This document shows, piece by piece, positions 29,134 through 39,251 of a stretch of DNA of 64,000 nt; positions within the stretch are counted from its first letter, which is position 1; the number at the start of each line of letters is the position of its first letter. A program made the position numbers and the translations under genes. A model generated the notes under the pieces. The model searched no databases and was not told the origin of the DNA. It saw nothing but the letters and a program-made list of their open reading frames with translations. Source of the stretch: Candidatus Poribacteria bacterium. GTDB lineage: Bacteria > Poribacteria > WGA-4E > PCPOR2b. The stretch spans positions 1,984,001-2,048,000 of the forward strand of contig OZ244042.1 of the NCBI GenBank assembly GCA_965215015.1, in the 5' to 3' direction.

Positions 29134-31581
29134 TTACCGATGGGCATTACATAGCATCTTTGGTTCATAGCCAGCGATGAAGGCTTCCTTAATAATAGCT
29201 TCCTCCGGACATTTTCCTTGGTATTTCAGCATTCCTGTATTTTTATCGATGTCTCGCAAAACGACGTTGGACGGTTTATCAAAATCCCTAACGGGGCCGC
29301 GTGCCCCTTCAATCATAAATCGAGCCCAAATCGGTAAGGCACCTTGGGCACCGGGGAAGGTCGTCTTCCGCTTCGGGTCGTTAAACCCCACCCAAACCCC
29401 GGCGGCGAGATTCCGAATATAACCGACAAACCACGCATCTGTATAATCGTCCGTCGTGCCGGTTTTGCCGGCCGCGGGACGTTCTAACCCCATCAGACGT
29501 GCCCGCCGACCGGTGCCATTATTAATCACGCCCTTCAGGAGATGCGTCATGAGATAGGCAACCCCTTCATCAAGAACCTGTTCCAGCGGCAGTTGATTTT
29601 CAATTAAGATTTCTCCGTACTGATCCTCTACATAGTGAACGCCTATCGGTTTCTTATACCTCCCACTATTAGCAAAGACAGCATACGCACCAGTGAGTTC
29701 GAGTAGCGGCAATCCGCCTGCCCCTAACGCAACTGACGGATATGCGGGTAAATCAGTTTGGATACCCAGACGTTTCGCAATCGCAAGCGTTCGATTCAGC
29801 CCGGCAGGTTTGTCATTTTCCTCTATCGGTGTCTCCCACATCATTCGTGCTGTCGCAATGTTGATTGATTTCTCCAATACCCTTCGCGCGGTAATATCTC
29901 CGTAGTAGCGCTTTCCGTAATTCCGAGGCCTCCAACGCCGCCCTGTGCCAACGTCGATAGACCATGCTTCATCGCGGACTATCGTTGCAGGTGTTATTAA
30001 AGGAGGGAAATCAAGCAGGCCGGCAAAGATAATTGGTTTGAAGGCTGAACCGGGCTGGCGATTGGCGTCAACTGATCGATTAAAAAAGTTAATTTTTTGC
30101 GGGGTAATATAGAAATCGCGGCCCCCAACCATTGCCTTGATGTGCCCCGTTTGCGGTTCAAGGGCGATTAGCCCTGCTTGCAAGTAATTGGTAATCGGAT
30201 CGATGCCATGTGGATTATTTTTATTCTCGTCGTAATCGGGCAGATTTCTATACCTACTAGAGCCTCTCAGCTTTTGATCCAATTCGCGCAAATGGTCACC
30301 AACAGCCCTTTCTGCAATCTCTTGCATGGAAACGTCAATTGTCGTGTACACCCTTAACCCTTGGTTGTACAAATGTCCTTCTAGTTCAGGTATCTGTCTC
30401 AGCTGTTCATGAACATATTCCAAAAAATGCGAGCCACCTGTGCCCTGTGCACTTTTGGGGACTTCAACAACAACAGGTTTCTGCACATTCGCATTGTATT
30501 CCTCCGTATTAATGAAACCTGCCTTTAGCATCAATCCCAGCACCAGATCACGCCGTTCTTTTGAACGGTCTGGATAACGCACCGGCGAATAACGGGTTGG
30601 TGATTTCGGAATACCTGCCAGTGTGGCGCACTCGTGGAGCTCTAACTCCCATACATTTTTCCCAAAATAGTTTTGGGCTGCTTCTTGGACGCCAAGTACC
30701 TCCTGCGAGCCGTAGCGTCCCAAATTAATTAGGTTTAGATACCTTTCGAGAATTTCATCCTTGGAAAATTGATGCTCAATACGCACTGCGAGCAGTGCTT
30801 CCTTTACCTTTCGCAAAATCCGCTTCTCACGGGTCAGATAGATATTCCGTGTGAGTTGCTGAGTAATTGTACTCGCTCCTTGCAGCGTTCCCTGCGTTTG
30901 TCCTAAAAATAACTGAGTATTGTGAATGGCCGCACGGAGAATCCCCAGAAAATCCACACCCCAGTGCTCGTGGAATCGCCGATCTTCAACCGCGAGGAAT
31001 GCCTGTAGCAGGATATCAGGCATCTGCACTAGTTGCACAATCTCTCGTGCCTCAGCTTCACCCTTTCTATCATAAAGCGCGTTAAGCAACTCCGGTCTCA
31101 AATCGAAACTATCGATTTTTTCACCATCGTTGTTTTGGATTGTCTCTATTTTGCCATCAATCACAGAAAGCTCAACCTGATATGCCTTCCGATCCTCATC
31201 TGGAAAATGGAAACCTTGGAGATAAATCCATAACCTCTCAGGTTGTCCCTGTTCATCACGCCCGACTGAATAGTGTCCAACAACACTCGGTTTGATGAAC
31301 TCTCCACTTTCTTCATATTCCAATCGTTTCAATTTGTCCAGTAGGAAATCAATTGAATCTCCTGATTCAACTGTACAAACGGAGGAATAGACCTCAAGGT
31401 GCTGTTTCCACGTATTGACCTCGCTATATTCCAGTTGGTCCAAATCAATATCTTTGATGGTGCCCCATGAATCGAGGACAACACCCCCTACAAATCCGAT
31501 ACTGACGAAGATCAGCATCATCACACAGATAGTAGCAATGAGAAACAGTGTAAGCATACCTCGAAGAATTTTTTTTATCAT
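29134..31581 (-). CDS. Class A penicillin-binding protein (PBP1b-like)
   Basis: EDRRF..H.G, GASTITQQL, RKVKE, SAFK, SIN, KTG; insert before the TG domain resembles UB2H. Confidence 0.93.
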   Translation of the reverse strand: MIKKILRGMLTLFLIATICVMMLIFVSIGFVGGVVLDSWGTIKDIDLDQLEYSEVNTWKQHLEVYSSVCTVESGDSIDFLLDKLKRLEYEESGEFIKPSVVGHYSVGRDEQGQPERLWIYLQGFHFPDEDRKAYQVELSVIDGKIETIQNNDGEKIDSFDLRPELLNALYDRKGEAEAREIVQLVQMPDILLQAFLAVEDRRFHEHWGVDFLGILRAAIHNTQLFLGQTQGTLQGASTITQQLTRNIYLTREKRILRKVKEALLAVRIEHQFSKDEILERYLNLINLGRYGSQEVLGVQEAAQNYFGKNVWELELHECATLAGIPKSPTRYSPVRYPDRSKERRDLVLGLMLKAGFINTEEYNANVQKPVVVEVPKSAQGTGGSHFLEYVHEQLRQIPELEGHLYNQGLRVYTTIDVSMQEIAERAVGDHLRELDQKLRGSSRYRNLPDYDENKNNPHGIDPITNYLQAGLIALEPQTGHIKAMVGGRDFYITPQKINFFNRSVDANRQPGSAFKPIIFAGLLDFPPLITPATIVRDEAWSIDVGTGRRWRPRNYGKRYYGDITARRVLEKSINIATARMMWETPIEENDKPAGLNRTLAIAKRLGIQTDLPAYPSVALGAGGLPLLELTGAYAVFANSGRYKKPIGVHYVEDQYGEILIENQLPLEQVLDEGVAYLMTHLLKGVINNGTGRRARLMGLERPAAGKTGTTDDYTDAWFVGYIRNLAAGVWVGFNDPKRKTTFPGAQGALPIWARFMIEGARGPVRDFDKPSNVVLRDIDKNTGMLKYQGKCPEEAIIKEAFIAGYEPKMLCNAHR

Positions 31582-31675
31582 CTAATTTTCCCCATCCCAA
31601 ACCCTAATTTTATCGATTTTCCTTAAAAATCCGAAAACCTTAAAATCCGAAAACCTAAAGAATTCTAATCTGAAT

Positions 31676-32293
31676 TTACGGGGTGCGGCCTCGATCCCGC
31701 GCTTTCCTAACGCGCTTGATCGTGCAGCCAAACGCCTTCGTCTTTTTGATGGCCTCCGGAATTTCTTTCCCAGCAACTACGAGATCAAGTGCCTCGCGTA
31801 GGTAGTGCGTTTCGGGGGCGTGCTGACTGTTATCAATGGCACCATGATACCGAAGTATCCGCTTTTCGTCCAATAAGTAGATTTCAGGAGTACGCTTTGC
31901 CCCAAAATTATCCGCAATCTCATTCTTCAAATCTTTCAAGACTAAGAAATGGAACTCGTTTGCTTTGTTATGCTCGGCAATTTCTTTGACGGATTCATTC
32001 TTGTTAGAGTTGATTCCAATGAACTGTACCCCTTGGCCTTTGTAGTCGTTATGTAGCGCAATAATCCTTTCGTTATACTCATTAGAAACAGGACATTGGG
32101 CCGAAATGAACATCACAACTGTTGCCTTCTTGTCCCGACTCAAATCCTTGAGTGAATGCGCTTTGTCCATTGTGTCTTTGAGCGTGAAGTCGGCAACTTC
32201 CTTATCCATCTTGATGGCGGCTGCGTCAGCAATCGCACTAGAAACTAGAGTAAAAATGAAGGTCAAGGCAAAAATTCGGATCAATAATTCCAT
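31676..32293 (-). CDS. Secreted AhpC/TSA thioredoxin-family protein
   Basis: Signal peptide, SAQCP, GINSN, GAKRTPE, YHGAID, GCTIK. Confidence 0.88.
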   Translation of the reverse strand: MELLIRIFALTFIFTLVSSAIADAAAIKMDKEVADFTLKDTMDKAHSLKDLSRDKKATVVMFISAQCPVSNEYNERIIALHNDYKGQGVQFIGINSNKNESVKEIAEHNKANEFHFLVLKDLKNEIADNFGAKRTPEIYLLDEKRILRYHGAIDNSQHAPETHYLREALDLVVAGKEIPEAIKKTKAFGCTIKRVRKARDRGRTP

Positions 32294-32835
32294 CTGATTC
32301 CTCCTAAAGCTATAATCAATCTTCCATCTCTCGAATCCACATAATATTATATTAAGACGTTTGACATCTCCTTCCGTTTAAGACTGATTTTATCTGTTTG
32401 GACAAATTCAACCTCGTACCGCTTAAATTTTACACCCTTTGTAGCGATAATCCTTAACATCTAAACGTTCAAATTGAAACGAAGGTGACAGCTACTAGAA
32501 AAAAATATAACAATCCCTTCCCGATAATACACATCAATCTCCAAATCTGTTCCGAACTGTGGCTCCAAAAAAAAACGGTGAAGTTTGTTGATTTCCTATT
32601 TTTGAATTAACGCTACCATTGAATATAGGTAATACGCCGATTTGTTTGCCCCCCTTCTTGTTTCATTGCCTCACTCCTCCTGAACCATTTTGTGCAGCGA
32701 CATGGTAACAACTGAACATAAACGAACATATCTATTACCGACGGTTCCACTCGGGAAAGGCACGCTCCATGTGAGGGATTGCCAGCGATTCCAACGTTAT
32801 GAGGGTTTAGAATTGACGTTTAATGTAAAACAATT

Positions 32836-34230
32836 TCATCTGTTGCGCCGGTCCCGTAATTGTGCTTCAGCTCCCGGCATGATATAGCATTGCCCGTTTG
32901 TGACTTCAGAGACACCGCGCTGGAACTCATCAACAAATCCACCACCATGACCCACCGGCACAATACCTCCAATAACGTTGACTTGCGCGCCGGTCTGACG
33001 GCAGACTGCTATCGCCTTTGCAGATGTATACTCTGTTCCCGGGCCGCTACTGGAAGATTCATCAGTTACGATAAAGAGTACGAGTTTCCGATTGTCTGGT
33101 GTTTGGAGTTTAGGTACACCTTCCATAACTGCGTCCAACAGGTGTTCATCACCACGTCCGGGTGTACGAAACATCTGCCTTACCTGTTCAGTATTTAACG
33201 GTGGTTTCGTTATCACAACTGAACTTTCGCCGCCCCCCGATCTTGCCCAGAATCGGATGACTCCAAGACGGTAGTCCAGCTCCTTACCATCCAAAATCTT
33301 GACCAGCGAATCCAGTCCTGTGCAGATTTTGTCCATTTTATCGTACATGCTCAAGCTGGAGTCAAAGATGAACACCAAATCGGCAGGTTGCTTTACTGTT
33401 GCAGCAATATGTCGAGCGATGCGCTTGAAAACGCTGTCAATATCGAGTATAGATCGTTTTATTAGAGGCACATGTTCGACCTTACGTCGGTTTTCCCTAG
33501 TACCGTACCATTTGCCATTGGTCCGGTCGGCTAATAGCATTTGTATCTCTTCGTTGATCCCAATGACGTTGAGTCGAATTTCATCCTGTTCACACCAATC
33601 CAAGATTTTCTCGACAACCTCATTTTTTTCGTCTCCGCCACCCCAAGTTGTTTTCAACGCCGAATTTGTCACAACGACGAAGTGCTTTTCGGCGTCCCAG
33701 CGGAACTTCAAATCTGTAAGGCCTCTCATAATCGCGTTAAGCCCATATCCAACAATAGGACCCTTAAACTTCGCCACCGGCAACCTACGAAAATTTTCTT
33801 GAATCGGAAGAAGCCCCCTCTGTAGTGGTTTGACTATGATTTGCGAGCCACCGATATTTTGAAACCAAATGAGCGCGAACTGATAATCAATCACTGATTC
33901 TTCAAAGACCCGCGCCATATCGGCAATCCGTCTTTCAACCTTTCTGCCCAGATCTCTCATCGCCAAACTCCCGTCAATAACAAATACCAGATCGACTGCT
34001 TGATTTATGCTGTCACGACTTGCACGCTCGGCAATTTCGACGAGACTTTTACCGATATCAACAGTGTTCTTTTTATTTAGCTCATTTGGGTTCGCCACCA
34101 CATGCCTCTTTCGACGCAGGGACCCTTCTTCCGACGGTGTAACTGTCGCCATGCCATCAGGACCAACCCAAGCTGCTAATATCATCAACCCAATTAGACA
34201 TTTCCAAATGTGTTGTTTCGGTGATTTCAT
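32836..34230 (-). CDS. Secreted protein with two VWA domains
   Basis: VDLVFVIDGSLAM and ADLVFIFDSSLSM MIDAS-like motifs; IVTDE; signal peptide. Confidence 0.85.
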   Translation of the reverse strand: MKSPKQHIWKCLIGLMILAAWVGPDGMATVTPSEEGSLRRKRHVVANPNELNKKNTVDIGKSLVEIAERASRDSINQAVDLVFVIDGSLAMRDLGRKVERRIADMARVFEESVIDYQFALIWFQNIGGSQIIVKPLQRGLLPIQENFRRLPVAKFKGPIVGYGLNAIMRGLTDLKFRWDAEKHFVVVTNSALKTTWGGGDEKNEVVEKILDWCEQDEIRLNVIGINEEIQMLLADRTNGKWYGTRENRRKVEHVPLIKRSILDIDSVFKRIARHIAATVKQPADLVFIFDSSLSMYDKMDKICTGLDSLVKILDGKELDYRLGVIRFWARSGGGESSVVITKPPLNTEQVRQMFRTPGRGDEHLLDAVMEGVPKLQTPDNRKLVLFIVTDESSSSGPGTEYTSAKAIAVCRQTGAQVNVIGGIVPVGHGGGFVDEFQRGVSEVTNGQCYIMPGAEAQLRDRRNR

Positions 34231-34464
34231 GACTTTCCTCCCATGTGATATAAAGTGCTAATATTAGTTGAAACTGCGGAGCCTCGAGAACTCTAATGCC
34301 ACGCAGTTACTGTCGGATCTCAGAGGAGGACGCACATAGTATGCCACATCCGATAAAGGGTGGATTTCGCGTTTGTAGGCGCATTTCTCACCATTTATGG
34401 CGAAATGGGAGCTCTATATTGTTCATTTTTTTTACACTCTTGTTCACAAATTTGTCTTTCCATT

Positions 34465-35409
34465 TCATACCTCAATGCGTTTCGTCACTGAATGGGTGGG
34501 GCCTCCCCACCTAGGAATTGCAACTGTCCATTGCCCCGCAGGACCTCCAGCAACGACAATAATGACATCTTCAGGAAGCCGCTGTGTCTGTTCGTGTATA
34601 TACGCCTGTATGTTGCCCCTGTTAAAACCATCACGGGCGATTGTTTTCATGTGCTCAAGGCTAAATACAAGGACAATCTCAGCGGATGGGGACCCCAGCG
34701 CGGAAATGCTACCGCAAATTGTGTCTAGGATACTTTCCGCTGTGTTTCCACTGGAACCGATGTGATATGGAGAGGAACCTGCGTGGACTGTCACTGTACT
34801 GTCAGAAGATTGGAATCCACGCTCAATGTGCAAAGGCTGCCACAAACTCTCCTCCTCCCGTTCCGCGATGCAGAAGGTGTATTTGCCGGCATGACCCAAA
34901 GTGGAGCGGTCTAATTCGCCAGGCAATGCCCCACCGATATTCGTACCAATCAGGCGGATTGCCCGCCCAATCGTCGCGTTTGCACGCCAACCCTGTCCAA
35001 AAACGTTAAAACTATCGTTGAACTCCAACTGTTTTCGGATGGGACCATTGATAATCAGTAACGGTGTAGAATCAGCGGTTGTTACCTGAACACCGTGCAG
35101 ATTGAACTCTTTTTCGGTAATCGCCTCGACCGCTGCGATGACAACCGGCATATATTCCGGCTTGCAACCAGCCATCACCGCGTTAATAGCGATGCGTTCG
35201 ATTGTTGCGTGCCCCCACTTGGGGGGGATCGATGCGAGCAATTCATCCGGCTGCCTATCCGTACCAGCTAACATTTTTTTTACCCGATCCGGTATCGGTG
35301 GAACAACCGGCAAGCCATCAGTCCAACCGTTTTGGTAACAAACTTCGATGAGGTCCGCGGCTTCAGCCGCTTCAACCTGATTTGACTGCCATTGGATCTG
35401 TGTCATCAT
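34465..35409 (-). CDS. Conserved hypothetical protein (GWTDGLPVVPP family)
   Basis: GWTDGLPVVPP, AINAVMAGCKPEY, RANATIGRA, CIAEREE. Confidence 0.8.
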   Translation of the reverse strand: MMTQIQWQSNQVEAAEAADLIEVCYQNGWTDGLPVVPPIPDRVKKMLAGTDRQPDELLASIPPKWGHATIERIAINAVMAGCKPEYMPVVIAAVEAITEKEFNLHGVQVTTADSTPLLIINGPIRKQLEFNDSFNVFGQGWRANATIGRAIRLIGTNIGGALPGELDRSTLGHAGKYTFCIAEREEESLWQPLHIERGFQSSDSTVTVHAGSSPYHIGSSGNTAESILDTICGSISALGSPSAEIVLVFSLEHMKTIARDGFNRGNIQAYIHEQTQRLPEDVIIVVAGGPAGQWTVAIPRWGGPTHSVTKRIEV

Positions 35410-35505
35410 AAATTTCCTTTCAATTTCTCAACTTTTGTGATATTATGCTAAAATATAAAAAAATAATATCTTACGCAGGGCACTATATAAAATGGAGACA
35501 TACTT

Positions 35506-36984
35506 ATGCGGATCGCAACGGGTTGCATCGGTCATGAAACAAACACATTTTCATCGGTGCCGACTTCAATTGACGATTTTAAGAGAAGTTACCACATCGG
35601 CAACGAGATCATCTCAGCCTTCAAAAAGACGAGCACCATCACCGGCGGGTTTATTGAGAGTTCGGAGAAGCTCGGGATCCAAATCATTCCGCTCTTATGG
35701 ACCTTCGCTACCCCCTCTGGTGCTGTTGAGCAAAGAGCGTACGATACGCTTAAAGGAGAGTTCCTCAATCTCTTGCGAAACGCTGGGCAAATTGACGGAG
35801 TTTTCCTAGATTTACACGGGGCAATGGCAACGGAGGAAATCGAAGATGCTGAGGGCGATGTCATCCGATCGGTGCGTGAAATTGTCGGCTCCCTCCCAAT
35901 TGTTGTGACGCTAGATCTTCACGCGAATATCACCGTCGAGATGGCGGAATACAGTGACACAATTATCGGATTCGACACCTACCCCCATGTCGATTGCTAT
36001 GACCGAGGTGTTGAAGCCGCACAGGTGATATTTGACATCGTTCGTGGAAATATCCAGCCGACAATGGCATATCGCCAACTGCCGTTATTGACTTCACCGC
36101 CGGCGCAATGTACGATGAAACCCTTGATGAGCAGAGCGGTAGAACACCTTCACGCCCTCGAAACGCAACCGGGAGTGGTAACGGCAACCCTGTCAATGGG
36201 TTTTCCCTTTGCAGATATACATGATGCCGGTGTCTCGGTGCTCGTCACGACTAACGCCGATCAGCAACTCGCTGAACAGTATACAGACAATTTTGCGAAG
36301 TACATCTGGGACATGCGAGAGGCATTTAATCTGAACCTCGTTTCCGTTGAAGAGGCAATCGAGGTCGCTAACCGAGCGGAAGAGCAGCCAATTGTTCTTG
36401 CAGAGGGTTCAGATAATCCCGGTGGTGGCGGCCCCTGCGATGGAACGATTATTCTTAGGAAATTCATTGAAGCCGATGTCCAAGATGCGGTAATCGCTAT
36501 AATCGCTGACCCAGAGTCCGTAGCACTTGCAATCGAATCCGGAGTCGGCAATACGGTAGCACTTGATGTCGGTGGAAAGACGATTCCGCTGCACGGCGAT
36601 CCAGTTGCATTGACAGGTTATGTGAAAACAATTTCTGACGGTCAATTTGTGTATAAGGGACCGATGGGACGTGGAATCAGAAGCAGTTTGGGACGCACTG
36701 CCGTTGTCAAGGTTGGCGGTGTCGAAATCATCCTGACGGAACATCGTGTTCAACCCATTGACGCTGAAGTGCTTCGTAGTGTCGGCATTGAACCGCGGGA
36801 TCGGAAACTCATTGCGCTCAAATCGGCTGTTCACTTCCGTGCAGACTATACGCCAATCGCCCATAGAATCTTAGAGGTAGATACCCCCGGTGTGCATAGC
36901 CCAGATCTCTTTTCCTACGATTATCAGAAGGTCCGACGCCCCATTTACCCACTAGACGCAGACGTTGAATTTCGACAAACGTGA
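35506..36984 (+). CDS. M81 family metallopeptidase (MlrC-like)
   Basis: HETNTF, LHGAM, DLHAN, YPHVD, DNPGGG, KSAVHFRA. Confidence 0.93.
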   Translation: MRIATGCIGHETNTFSSVPTSIDDFKRSYHIGNEIISAFKKTSTITGGFIESSEKLGIQIIPLLWTFATPSGAVEQRAYDTLKGEFLNLLRNAGQIDGVFLDLHGAMATEEIEDAEGDVIRSVREIVGSLPIVVTLDLHANITVEMAEYSDTIIGFDTYPHVDCYDRGVEAAQVIFDIVRGNIQPTMAYRQLPLLTSPPAQCTMKPLMSRAVEHLHALETQPGVVTATLSMGFPFADIHDAGVSVLVTTNADQQLAEQYTDNFAKYIWDMREAFNLNLVSVEEAIEVANRAEEQPIVLAEGSDNPGGGGPCDGTIILRKFIEADVQDAVIAIIADPESVALAIESGVGNTVALDVGGKTIPLHGDPVALTGYVKTISDGQFVYKGPMGRGIRSSLGRTAVVKVGGVEIILTEHRVQPIDAEVLRSVGIEPRDRKLIALKSAVHFRADYTPIAHRILEVDTPGVHSPDLFSYDYQKVRRPIYPLDADVEFRQT

Positions 36985-37036
36985 CCGGTCGTTGTCTCCT
37001 TACAACAAACCTGCTTTAACCTCTAGAGGCATTACC

Positions 37037-38353
37037 ATGAGAACAATTTTATACATCGCATCCGTCCGGATTGCAATTCTCCTTTTACTGGTTTCGGGAG
37101 GCGGCGCAACACACGCCTCACCCGTTGCAATACTCGGTGCATTTGATGAAGAAGTCGCAATCCTTGAGGGACAACTTGTCAATCCAAAGACGCATACAAT
37201 CGAGAGAATCCAGTTCCTCACAGGGACACTCAACGAGCAAGACGTAGTTATTGCAAGGACAGGGGTTGGCAAAGTCAACGCAGCGATGACAGCTACTCTG
37301 CTCATTGAGCATTTTCAGCCTAATGGAGTTGTCTTCACAGGGGTTGCCGGTGGACTCAATCCAGACCTGCAAATCGGCGATATTGTCATCGCACAAAAGA
37401 CAGCGCAACACGATTTAGGCAAATTAGAGTCAACCGAAATCGAAAACACAGGCGTTAGGAATCCCATCAATGGGAACCGAAACCCTGTCTTCTTTCCTGC
37501 GGACCCTGAACTCTTGCAGATAGCAGAAACCGCTCTGGGGGCCATTGAACTCAACCCATTTCAAACCCCTCAAGGTCAACGATACCCACGAATCATCAAG
37601 GGAACGGTCGTAACTGGGGATGTATTTGTCGCTTCTGATGCAAAAAAAACAACCTTGCACAAAAATCTCGGTGCAGATGCGGTCGAGATGGAAGGCGCAG
37701 CAGTTGCCCAAGTCTGCTGGCAGCACAATATCCCCTGCTTGGTCATACGCAGCTTGAGCGATAATGCCGGCCCAAATGCTTCAGAAGATTTTAAGAAATA
37801 CTACAAAATCGCTGCTCGTAATTCCGCAGCACTCGTCTCCCGAATCGTCAGCCAACGTCATTCCGAGCAATTGCCGCAGCCGGACATGACAATTAATCAG
37901 CAGCAGCAACAGGATTCCCCTGTATTACCACAGCAAAATGGGTTGACCCCCAATGAAAAACGATTTCAGGAGATACTTTCCGGCGTTACGCTCGCCGGGC
38001 ACTTCACAATCACAGGGGAGGGGGATCAGAATACCCTTAGAGAAGAAAAGTATACCATCGTAAAAGTTACCAAAATGAGCGATGATTACTGGCTCTTCTT
38101 TGCACGAATTCAGTACGGTGGGAAGGATGTTACTGTGCCATTGCCACTTGAAGTCAAATGGGCAGAGGACACCCCCATCATCACATTGACTGATCGGGAG
38201 CTGCCAAACTTGGGAACCTACACTGCAAGGGTGATAATCTATCGCGGACAATATGCTGGTACATGGAGCAGCGACAAGCACGGAGGGCATCTGTTCGGGA
38301 TAATAACCAAAAGCACGTCCGAATCAGATGATATTGACTCTCAACAGGATTAG
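37037..38353 (+). CDS. mtnN: Secreted MTA/SAH nucleosidase fused to an unknown C-terminal domain
   Basis: GVGKVNAA, FTGVAG, TGDVF, EMEGAA, IRSLSD; signal peptide; Q-rich linker then ~130-aa extra domain. Confidence 0.85.
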   Translation: MRTILYIASVRIAILLLLVSGGGATHASPVAILGAFDEEVAILEGQLVNPKTHTIERIQFLTGTLNEQDVVIARTGVGKVNAAMTATLLIEHFQPNGVVFTGVAGGLNPDLQIGDIVIAQKTAQHDLGKLESTEIENTGVRNPINGNRNPVFFPADPELLQIAETALGAIELNPFQTPQGQRYPRIIKGTVVTGDVFVASDAKKTTLHKNLGADAVEMEGAAVAQVCWQHNIPCLVIRSLSDNAGPNASEDFKKYYKIAARNSAALVSRIVSQRHSEQLPQPDMTINQQQQQDSPVLPQQNGLTPNEKRFQEILSGVTLAGHFTITGEGDQNTLREEKYTIVKVTKMSDDYWLFFARIQYGGKDVTVPLPLEVKWAEDTPIITLTDRELPNLGTYTARVIIYRGQYAGTWSSDKHGGHLFGIITKSTSESDDIDSQQD

Positions 38354-38379
38354 TAGCGAATGCAGACTACTTATTATGA

Positions 38380-38733
38380 TAACGCAAGTTGCTAGGTTCT
38401 GTTGACATTTAACCAGATAAATCGAGGGGTGTGCAAAGATACACGGTCCTTCGTAGGGATTGGGTGTTGGTCAATGGGTAAAGGTACCTCACCCCCACGA
38501 TGATGGACAGTTTCACATAAATGCCAACACGCCCTTGCTATAGGAACCGTTGCAAATCAGCAAGGGAATCACTCACCGCTCGCAGTAGATTGACAAATCC
38601 ACTGCATTCGATTTTGGAAAATTGACCGACAGAAGTCCGGAGCCGTCTCAAGTTGTTCTGAATCCCGATCCTATCGGGAGCATCAGAATTGGTTCAATTT
38701 GTCAAATGTCAACACCCCTAGCAACCTCGGTTA
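38380..38733. mobile_element. Nested MITE: family B inserted at CTAG of a short palindrome
   Basis: TAACGCAAGTTG-CTAG-GTTCTGTTGACATTT ... AAATGTCAACACCC-CTAG-CAACCTCGGTTA. Confidence 0.65.
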
Positions 38734-38798
38734 TGATCGCATGTGTGCTCTATTTGAGGGGCACTCGACTTAACCTAACAATATGAGGAAATTAGACA

Positions 38799-39251
38799 GT
38801 GAAAATCAAAGGCGAGTACACAGTTTCCGCCCCGCGTGAAAGGGTCTGGGAATATTTCACGACTCCTGAACTTTTGCAGCAATGTATCCCCGGTTGCGAA
38901 GAGTTGAAACCCCTTAGTGATGATAGCTTTGAGGCTACAATCAAGGTAGGCGTCGCTACGATCAAAGGGGTATATAAAGGTTCCGTCAAAATAGAAAATA
39001 AGCAGCCGCCTTCAGCCTACCGTCTAGGCGTTCAGGGTAAAAGTAAGATTGGCTTTGTCAATGGGGCATGTGACTTGACCTTGGCAGAAGCCGGGGAAAA
39101 TCAAACAGCAGTCAACTTGACTGGAGAACTAACCGTGGGTGGAAAACTGGCCCGTGTAGGGCAGCGGGTCATCGGTGGGGCATCCAAGATGATGATCGGT
39201 AAGTTCTTCAACGAAGTTGAGCGATTGGCGAAATCCGAAGCGGCAACTTAA
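38799..39251 (+). CDS. CoxG/SRPBCC family protein
   Basis: APRERVW..PELLQQCIPGCE; GGKLARVGQR. Confidence 0.9.
   Translation: MKIKGEYTVSAPRERVWEYFTTPELLQQCIPGCEELKPLSDDSFEATIKVGVATIKGVYKGSVKIENKQPPSAYRLGVQGKSKIGFVNGACDLTLAEAGENQTAVNLTGELTVGGKLARVGQRVIGGASKMMIGKFFNEVERLAKSEAAT

Noticed and set aside
31676-35409. Selenocysteine recoding near the thioredoxin-like and GWTDGLP genes
   Set aside because: No in-frame TGA extending a conserved frame was seen.
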